Source: an uncultured virus (IMG/VR IMGVR_UViG_3300023119_001136)
Taxonomy: Duplodnaviria; Heunggongvirae; Uroviricota; Caudoviricetes
IMG/VR virus record: IMGVR_UViG_3300023119_001136
Coordinates: 1-64,000 of that record
DNA length: 64,000 bases
Direction: 5' to 3' (one strand)
Position numbers and translations under genes: made by a program. The notes beneath the pieces are model-generated. The model was not told the origin of the DNA. It did no database searches and worked only from the letters and a program-made list of their open reading frames with translations. Shown piece by piece: positions 57,301-64,000 of the stretch (positions are counted from its first letter, which is position 1; each line of letters opens with the position of its first letter).

Positions 57301-60300
57301 TACCAACACCGCCTGCTACAACTAAAGCACCGTCTGTTGCTAGAGTAGATTCAGTTGTGTCGCTGACTGTTACAATTGTACTCGTTGCAAAATTAATGCC
57401 TGTACCTGCATCTTTTTGAATTGTATCTAAACTAATTGTACCAACATTTGTGATGTTATTGTCATTAAAACTAGTAGCCCCTAGGCTTACTGTTCCTGTT
57501 GCTGTTAGATTTGATGATCCAATGTTAATATTACCAAAGCCTGAACTTATTGCACCAGTATTAAGTGTTCCTACAACAGTTAAACTTGAGTTTACAATAT
57601 TTGCACCTAGTGTTGTAGAATTTAGAACACTTACGTCATTGATATAATATGCTTTACCGCTTACAAGATTAATGTCTTCGCTTGAATCCCAACTAGTGTT
57701 TGTAGCATCATAAGTCCATGTTGCATTTGCAGCGTCTACAGTAAGTCCTGCGCCGTCTGCTGCGGCAGCATTCGCTGCGCCCTTTGCTACTGTAATGTTT
57801 AAATCTTCAACATCTAGTGTAGTTGTGTTGAGTGTAACAGTTGTTCCGTTTACAGTTAAATTACCGTCAATAGTAGTGTCACCTGTTGTAAAGTCAATTG
57901 TAAATTTGTTTAAACCGTCACCAAACAGTAAGTTACCAGTTGATGCAACTTGCATACGCTGTGTACCAGCAGTGTAAAAATCTAGTTCATCGTTATCTGC
58001 ACCAGCACTACTTTCTGCTTCAATTTTAGTATCTTGGTCTACATCTTTCACACCACCTAGTGATCCCCAGTTACTTCCATCGTAACCTTCAAATGTACTA
58101 TCGCTAGTATTATAACGAATTTGACCTTGTGCTGCTGCTGTACTTACACCAGTTTCGCCCGGACGTTGAGCACTTGTACCTACTGGAATTTTTAAACCAG
58201 TACTTGTTGTAAATACTGCATAACCTGTATAAGTTAAGACGCCACTTGTGTCAATACGTAATCTTTCTGTAGGACTTTGAATAAAATCGCTTGTTGTTGT
58301 AACTGTACCAGTTTCTACAACAAAGTCACCACCTGTACCTGCGCCAGTACCAAGGCCGCCTATAATTTTAATTTCGCCGCCGCCGATATCTGTACCAATA
58401 CCTGCTGCGCCGTGTATCTCAACATCTGCTGGTGTTGCACTTGCTTCTGCATCACCAAAAATTACTTTTTGATGTTTAACAATTAGTTTATTATTAATTT
58501 CTGCACTACCTGCAACGCCGCCTGAACTACTTACTGTAACATTTAATTCTGTTTGCACAGTAAACGAAGTTGCATTAATTGTTGCCCCTAATACTGGCCA
58601 TGTACCATCTAGTGAAGCAACACCGCTGCTTGCAATAGTTACAAAATCACCTGCTCTAATACCTAACACTTCTGGTGTGTAAGTAAATGTTAATGAAGTT
58701 GTTGTAGGAATAGTACCTACTGTAGGTTTGTCAATATATACAACATCATCTGCAACACCTGATACTACTGTGTTTGCTTGTATACTTGCACTTCCTGTAA
58801 CAACCATACCAACTTCAATTGTTGCTGTGCTAGAAAGCGGAATAAAGTCGTCTGTGTTGTTTACGTTTTCATTTGTTGTTCTAGAAAATCCGTTTAAGTT
58901 GACAGCAACAACTTGACTTGTTGCAGCATCATATCCGTCAATAAATGAAGTGATTGCTCTAGTTGTTGTGCTTGCACCAATTCTAGTTACATCTGCTTCG
59001 CCGCTTATTTCAACAGTTGTAAGATTTTCGTTGTAAACCTTACCAGTAGCAGTACTCTTAGAACCTGTATCTGCTGCACCGATATCTAAACTATCTATGA
59101 TATCAACCGCATCACCCCACACAGGATAACCACCATCTACTACAAGTATATTTCCTTCTCTACCAATATTAAGAGAATTAAGTGTACCTGATGTTTGTGC
59201 ATAAATTAAATCACCATCAGCATATGTACTTAGGTTAGTACCGCCTCTGTTAACAGGTACATTACTTGTTAGGTTAGCAGGATTGAGGAAATAACTGCTA
59301 TCTAAACCGTCTAATGTACCTGCATCAACAACACCATCTTTGATAAACACTTGGCCTGACCCAGCAGCGTCAACATCAAATTGTGCTTGGAAGAATCTAC
59401 TTGTACCTAGTGTAGAATATGTTCCACCTGGGTCATAATCAGCATTTGAAATACCAATATCTACTGCACCATAATAATCGCCACTGGTATTAGGACCAGT
59501 AAGTGTAATTGGATTATCAGTTGTGCTGGCTTTTGTAAGGGTTTGAACTGCAACAGCATAAGCACTGTCACCTCTTAAGAATGTGTCACTACTTGCAATA
59601 CCGCTTGCACCTAATCTGCTTGGTGATATAGTACCTGAAATAATGTTACTTGCATCAATGTTTGTAACAGCAAGAGTGTTCCAGTTTGCTTTCAATCTAC
59701 TTGATGTATTGATTACTACATTAACTTGCACATTGTTTGGAATAACCTCCGCATCGCCTGTACCAGTTGCAGTAATATCTGAAGCATTTGTTACAAGTCC
59801 GTTAATACTGCTTAAAGCATCTGATCGTAGTGTATGTAGTGTAACACTGTTAGTTGTAACAGAACCAATAAAGAATCTTGCACCTGATACAACTTGAACA
59901 CCGTTTATAGAAAATAGTCCAGTTCCAGAACTTCCATCATCTTCTTCTTCTATTCTAATAGCGTCACCAGTTGTTAAACCGTGGTTCGGAACAATAATAC
60001 TGTTATCATAAATGTTAACGTTAAATCTTGTCCATTGATGAGCATTATTAGCAGGAGTTGTTAAAAATTCAATTTGATTTAACAAACTAAAATCTTCGTA
60101 TACTTCGATAGTGTCTGCGTCAATACGCTTTGCATAGTACACACTACCATTTAGTAGTCCGCCGATTGCAACATTACCTAATGTATTATATCTAATAGGA
60201 TCACCGTCTGTGTACCCATGGGCTGTCATTGTAATTCTATCGAGTGTATAGTCAACATTACCACCGCCTCCTGTGGTACCTGCTAAAAACTGATTTACAA

Positions 60301-63300
60301 TGCTATCATCTAGTGTGATATTAATTTTAGAACTTACTGCATCATTGTCTTCAATAAAGTCAATTGACGATGCACTTGCTACGTAAAGTTCACCGCCTAA
60401 AATGTTTACATAAGCTCTATCCTCAATAGCAGCAATTTCAATTTCAAAACCACTACCTGTGCCGCCTACATCGCTTGCATTTAATTCAAGTAAATCACCT
60501 ACTGCGTAGCCTGTGCCACCTCTACGTAAATCAACATCGCTGATTTGTCCTGCTGTAACAGTAACATCTGCTTTTGCTCCTGTACCTACTCCAGTCTTTG
60601 CTTGCAAGTCTACCATTTCGTAAACAAGAGTACCTAGTGTAGGTGTATAACCACTACCGCCAGTGATATTAGCGTTATCTACGTTTGTACATATACCATA
60701 ACGTGTTTCTGTAACTGCACCTTGTGCGTTACCGTCCGCAGAAGTAACAATGGTCCTTACTGTACCTGTTGCTGATTTACTGCCTTCATTAGATCCTGTA
60801 TTTGCAATTGTAAAGGTTGTCGAACTTGGTACACTTGTAACTAGGCCATTTACGTTGTAAAGTGTATCATCACACTCAACTTCAACGTTATTACCAATTG
60901 ATAGATTATGGTTGCCGCTTGTTGTAATTGTAGCAACATTACTTGTTCTTTCAACATCTGTAATTGTTTCAACTGTAAAGTTGAAAGGCGCACCACTTGA
61001 ATCTAATACTAGATACTGACTAGAGTTAGAACTTTTTAAGAAGAAGTTATCGGTAATTTCTGATACTGCACCAAGTGTTAATGGTGCTTGTCCAGAGTCA
61101 ACACCCGCAATAAAGATATTGTTTGTAGTATCAAAGTCAGTACCTGTTGAGTCTTCACCTGGTTTGAATTGATTATCTAAGCTAGCAACTAGTAGGTTAG
61201 TTGATGAAGCATAATCACCTTTTGCATATCCAACGGCTCCTGTTGTCGGTTGTGTAATTAAATCACCGTCAGTTGCTGAAATTGGTGATGAAAACGTTAA
61301 TTCAATCTGATCATATTCTTCAGTACCAATATCACCTGCTTTTAGATCAATTGCTGGAATTTCATCAACTTGTGTAAGCCTTGACAAATATCCATCTGTG
61401 TTTGTACTTGTAAACTGTCTTGTAGCAGGAATCAAATCTGGGTTCAACTGACCGTTAGTATTCAACTGAACAATAGCACCTGGAACTGCCGCTGTTGACA
61501 CAGATTTATCAATAAATCCGCCCAATCTGTTTGATAAGAAACTTCTTGTTGCTAACTGTGTAGATAGTCTTGCATCACTTGGACCGCCGATTTCATCGTC
61601 ACCTAAGTTAACACTTGTTGAAATTTCTTCAATAGCAACATTAGAAAGACTTAGTCTCAAAGCATCAAGTTCGTCCACTTGAACTTTGTTTCTAAATGTA
61701 ATGTTACCAGTTCTGTTGAACGCTGTAATAAAGTCACCAACTTTAAAGTCACCAAGTTCGTTTGTACCTGATGAGTAACAACGTCCTGGTAATTCTTCAA
61801 ACTGTTCAAATTCAGTTCTTGTGTTACCGCCGTTTTGTGGTAGTGCGTTATAGTCTGTACCTGACCCTGCAAATTCCCAAGTATGTGATGATGAGTTAAC
61901 AATTGAAGGTCTATGTAACCAAATTGCTTTCTCAGGAAGTGCAACTAGATTTGTTAGTAGTTCGCCTGCAACTGTAGGTTCGATTGTAAATGTTGCAGTT
62001 GAATAACCATTAAATGGTTGAACTTCATTTACACCGATATTTGAAAAAGGACTAGGTGTATGATCATCATCAATAATACTTAAATTACTAAATTGCACTC
62101 TTTGTGTAGATTCACCTACTGCAACTTCTTCAATTGAAACTACAAGTTCTCTAAGATTAGGTGTCCAACTATATACAATAGCACGGTTATTTGCTGCGCC
62201 TGTTGTAGCAGTAATTTGTCTACCTGGAACAAATGCATAACCTTCACTACCTGATGGTAAAATAAGCTTTTGATATGTTGTGTGACTTGAAATAACTTCT
62301 TTTACAAAGAATTCTTTGATGTTTGTAAGGAATTTGTGAGTACCGCTAGATGTTGCAATAATATTAACATCAAACTCTAAACTGTCATCAAATGTCAAAC
62401 TAAATTCATTTAGGTTGATTAGTTTTACATAATAGGTTTGCTCTTCGTCAAGTCCTTGAATTGGAGGATTTCCGTTAGCACTATATACAACTTGTTCACC
62501 ATTTACAAGTCCGTGTGATGTTTTTGTAAAAATATTTGTTACTTCAGAAACACCTGATCCACCATTAATTAAAACTTCATCGGGCGGATCTTTAAATTGA
62601 TTTGTGATTTCACCTTCTGAACTTACGTCAAACGATGCTGGAATACTGTCTGGATCTGAAATTGCATCTTTTATCAAATCGAACAGTTCATCTACGTATG
62701 CTCTAGGCTCACTATCAAGATCTGTAAGTACAATGCCTGTTAGTCTACTTGCTTCTTCAATTGCATCAATTGTTTGTTCTTCTTGTCCACTGATAGTAAT
62801 GTTAGAACTATCTGCGATACGTTGTGAATAGTATGCAAGTGCTGCCTGTCTAGTCAAAGCGTTAGCAGTTGCCCATGTATCTCTACTCACAGCATCTAAT
62901 ATAATACTTAAATCCCTACGACACTTTGCTTCATCGTAATTAAACAAATACCATATATCGCCAGGCGTTGCTGCTGCAACACTGTTTGTGATGTAAGTTA
63001 TAGTATCGTCAATAATATTTTGTGTTTCACCTTGAATAAGATCGTAAGCAATTTTATATTCAGGATCTCTAAAGCGTAAAACGAATTCTTCAACTGGTGC
63101 AGTACGGTTTAAACCGACAATACTAATTGTTTGTAAGCCTTCACTTTGACCTGTTGCTGTAACATAAGCACGGTCAAACACAAATGCTTTAGGTGAATAA
63201 CCTGATGAACGTAGTGCATACAAACCAAAGTTTGTAGCAGAGTTAGTAATTGAACAATAACCACCTGACTGTGTATAAACACCGTTGAGTAGGAAAATTT

Positions 63301-64000
63301 GGAAACAAGACACGATCTGTGCGTAAGCATCATTGAGTAGTCGCCAGCCTGTACCTCCAAAACTAAGCATAGTAAATGCGTTAGCAACCATCGACTTACC
63401 TTGTTCAGGTGTAGCGCCAATTACTGGATTTTCTTGTTCGATAGGAATCAAACCGATGTTTGGAGAAACAATCTTAGCACCATCAATTTTAGCACCGTTT
63501 AGACCAAGGAAGGAAAGAATTGAACAGTTTTGGACATACGGTGATGTTGTAATAAAAGGAGCAGTATCAGGTAGATTTGTGTAACCTACTCTGTCTACAG
63601 TTGCATCAGACGGATCGTCAAATGCAACACAGTAATCACCTGTCCATAACGGAACAAAATTAGCATCAACCTTGTCTCTAAATGTAAATTCACCAAAGTA
63701 ACAAGCGTTACGAACACGGAGAATATCTTGGTTTGCATTTGCAGGACGAATAATACAACCACGCAAACCGTCACCTTTGATAACTGTGTTATCTGGAACA
63801 ATAACCGGGTTTTGTTCCTCGTAATCACCTACAGCAATTTTAACGTTTACACGTATACCATTTGTTGTACCATCAGGATTATAAACTAAACCAGAAGCAA
63901 TTTGACATGCACGTTTAATTGTTCTTACAGGTTTGTTCAGGCCATCATTAGAATCATTACCACGTTCTGCAGACACATACACAACGTTACCACCATAAAC
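54368..64000 (-). CDS. Giant tail fibre/structural protein with C-terminal peptidase S74 chaperone (5' end outside window)
   Basis: Frame open to window edge; beta-helix-like N-part, HGL..G domains, GQIRYN..FEGY, NTAxG repeats, SDERLK...GVSAQEV...YERMVPLLIEAVKE. Confidence 0.92.
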   Translation of the reverse strand, partial: VYGGNVVYVSAERGNDSNDGLNKPVRTIKRACQIASGLVYNPDGTTNGIRVNVKIAVGDYEEQNPVIVPDNTVIKGDGLRGCIIRPANANQDILRVRNACYFGEFTFRDKVDANFVPLWTGDYCVAFDDPSDATVDRVGYTNLPDTAPFITTSPYVQNCSILSFLGLNGAKIDGAKIVSPNIGLIPIEQENPVIGATPEQGKSMVANAFTMLSFGGTGWRLLNDAYAQIVSCFQIFLLNGVYTQSGGYCSITNSATNFGLYALRSSGYSPKAFVFDRAYVTATGQSEGLQTISIVGLNRTAPVEEFVLRFRDPEYKIAYDLIQGETQNIIDDTITYITNSVAAATPGDIWYLFNYDEAKCRRDLSIILDAVSRDTWATANALTRQAALAYYSQRIADSSNITISGQEEQTIDAIEEASRLTGIVLTDLDSEPRAYVDELFDLIKDAISDPDSIPASFDVSSEGEITNQFKDPPDEVLINGGSGVSEVTNIFTKTSHGLVNGEQVVYSANGNPPIQGLDEEQTYYVKLINLNEFSLTFDDSLEFDVNIIATSSGTHKFLTNIKEFFVKEVISSHTTYQKLILPSGSEGYAFVPGRQITATTGAANNRAIVYSWTPNLRELVVSIEEVAVGESTQRVQFSNLSIIDDDHTPSPFSNIGVNEVQPFNGYSTATFTIEPTVAGELLTNLVALPEKAIWLHRPSIVNSSSHTWEFAGSGTDYNALPQNGGNTRTEFEQFEELPGRCYSSGTNELGDFKVGDFITAFNRTGNITFRNKVQVDELDALRLSLSNVAIEEISTSVNLGDDEIGGPSDARLSTQLATRSFLSNRLGGFIDKSVSTAAVPGAIVQLNTNGQLNPDLIPATRQFTSTNTDGYLSRLTQVDEIPAIDLKAGDIGTEEYDQIELTFSSPISATDGDLITQPTTGAVGYAKGDYASSTNLLVASLDNQFKPGEDSTGTDFDTTNNIFIAGVDSGQAPLTLGAVSEITDNFFLKSSNSSQYLVLDSSGAPFNFTVETITDVERTSNVATITTSGNHNLSIGNNVEVECDDTLYNVNGLVTSVPSSTTFTIANTGSNEGSKSATGTVRTIVTSADGNAQGAVTETRYGICTNVDNANITGGSGYTPTLGTLVYEMVDLQAKTGVGTGAKADVTVTAGQISDVDLRRGGTGYAVGDLLELNASDVGGTGSGFEIEIAAIEDRAYVNILGGELYVASASSIDFIEDNDAVSSKINITLDDSIVNQFLAGTTGGGGNVDYTLDRITMTAHGYTDGDPIRYNTLGNVAIGGLLNGSVYYAKRIDADTIEVYEDFSLLNQIEFLTTPANNAHQWTRFNVNIYDNSIIVPNHGLTTGDAIRIEEEDDGSSGTGLFSINGVQVVSGARFFIGSVTTNSVTLHTLRSDALSSINGLVTNASDITATGTGDAEVIPNNVQVNVVINTSSRLKANWNTLAVTNIDASNIISGTISPSRLGASGIASSDTFLRGDSAYAVAVQTLTKASTTDNPITLTGPNTSGDYYGAVDIGISNADYDPGGTYSTLGTSRFFQAQFDVDAAGSGQVFIKDGVVDAGTLDGLDSSYFLNPANLTSNVPVNRGGTNLSTYADGDLIYAQTSGTLNSLNIGREGNILVVDGGYPVWGDAVDIIDSLDIGAADTGSKSTATGKVYNENLTTVEISGEADVTRIGASTTTRAITSFIDGYDAATSQVVAVNLNGFSRTTNENVNNTDDFIPLSSTATIEVGMVVTGSASIQANTVVSGVADDVVYIDKPTVGTIPTTTSLTFTYTPEVLGIRAGDFVTIASSGVASLDGTWPVLGATINATSFTVQTELNVTVSSSGGVAGSAEINNKLIVKHQKVIFGDAEASATPADVEIHGAAGIGTDIGGGEIKIIGGLGTGAGTGGDFVVETGTVTTTSDFIQSPTERLRIDTSGVLTYTGYAVFTTSTGLKIPVGTSAQRPGETGVSTAAAQGQIRYNTSDSTFEGYDGSNWGSLGGVKDVDQDTKIEAESSAGADNDELDFYTAGTQRMQVASTGNLLFGDGLNKFTIDFTTGDTTIDGNLTVNGTTVTLNTTTLDVEDLNITVAKGAANAAAADGAGLTVDAANATWTYDATNTSWDSSEDINLVSGKAYYINDVSVLNSTTLGANIVNSSLTVVGTLNTGAISSGFGNINIGSSNLTATGTVSLGATSFNDNNITNVGTISLDTIQKDAGTGINFATSTIVTVSDTTESTLATDGALVVAGGVGIAKKLRVGGIIYGDGSGLTNLNASQLLSGTIPDAVLPTSQSGKTFTSDITVNGHLIGEGGGSSATNFFAGGGAAVTTGIDSVGVGDGVFGAVLTGNQNTGVGKDALALATASANNTAMGAYTLSQIDAATGGNTAIGAESMQNSITANANVAIGYKALEIANASNNVIIGYGAGATITTGSNNIVIGKDAAPTANTTNNEITLGNASHANVRIPGVGLTVNTTTLSFSGTTGFAGVGSSLTALNASQLTSGTVPDGRISSSSVTQHETDIDAVGTLNAGAISSGFGNINIGTSTFTGNGSGLTTLNASNLSSGTVAGARLGGNQSMSGIKTFSNTTQASSTTTGAVKVSGGVGIAKNLHVGGTITGNGSGLTSLNASNLSSGTVPNARISGSYTSITGTGALNAGQITSGFGNINIGTSTFTGNGSGLTNVSADTLDGIDSTQFLRSDANDTASGVISLVGSGAQRLVIRNTTNAGGARIDFTDHASNTQYGRLNFEHSDGASVGSGYGASFKFQTTEPNLMVAIDGPGDFYVNGNKVWHAGNDGAGSGLDADTVDGQDIGDFVNGAGVDNGATTIKVNDADFIVQDTTDGTTNYIWRDHSANTLYLGTGNAVPTLRSTLNMNSNNITNGGTISGTFSGNGASITSINAGNITSGTFPDRFSPSTRYNIGLIDGYGGNSYDKLRVWSSSSYTIGMISAQSYGWLNDYAMTFTMNADNDRGFLWRDTSDAASDGAMSLTTAGNLMVKNVIGIGGNTSNYIAPANGQNYGTFRAEGVYGTSGSYAGWSIRDDWVFMSNGAGAYGIYNDTNNEWSLYGQQNSYTYIYYNGAWKARAQNEGWYVNGQLLATSEVTAYYSDERLKTFTGKLEGALDKVKALNGYLYVENETAKKYGYNNDNTQVGVSAQEVQKVLPEAVVAAPFDLDEDGNSKSGEDYLTVKYERMVPLLIEAVKEADDKIEAQAAEIAELKAMVQKLIEKN
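55985..57570 (-). repeat. Dispersed fibre-shaft repeats
   Basis: LNAGxIxSGFGNINIG three times; GxGSxLTxLNASxLxSGTxP about four times; near-identical ~50 bp at ~56023-56070 and ~56401-56448. Confidence 0.8.

Noticed and set aside
2016..63828. Numerous ORFs antisense to or nested in long genes (e.g. 2016-2447, 33524-34063, 56298-56792)
   Set aside because: Shadow frames of well-supported genes; no motifs
1..64000. Stop-codon reassignment, introns or inteins
   Set aside because: Core genes are full length in the standard code, coding density is high, and helicase, UvsX, UvsW and terminase show no insertions
1..64000. tRNA, tmRNA or rRNA genes
   Set aside because: No cloverleaf or T-loop/acceptor-stem pattern recognised in the few intergenic gaps; a tRNAscan/Infernal run would be needed to exclude them formally

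Overview
A 64-kb, AT-rich, densely coding segment of a large T4-like myophage genome, almost all on the minus strand. It holds (i) a replication/recombination module: gp41-like helicase, gp61-like primase, a 185-aa miniature DnaE (Pol III alpha) catalytic core, gp62-like clamp-loader subunit, UvsW, UvsY, UvsX and gp32 SSB; (ii) a large glycan synthesis/decoration set: KdsA, KdsB, a NeuA-like cytidylyltransferase-aldolase fusion, Gmd, three KpsC/KpsS-like GT-B proteins, several GT-A proteins, a sulfotransferase, methyltransferases and a carbamoyltransferase; (iii) morphogenesis genes: terminase, gp4, S8 protease, tail tube and sheath, gp13/14/15, and a >3200-aa tail fibre with an S74 chaperone that runs off the window end. 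Best leads: the miniature DnaE; a partly late-promoter-driven CMP-ulosonate (Kdo) glycosylation system; systematic leaderless promoter architecture (sigma70 -10 box 6 nt, and late TAAATA box 4-5 nt, before ATG); a miniature malonyl-CoA-decarboxylase-like GNAT; and two structured non-coding regions (1-700, 30060-30190). All calls come from motif recognition by eye; no searches were run. No tRNA, rRNA, CRISPR array or mobile element was seen.
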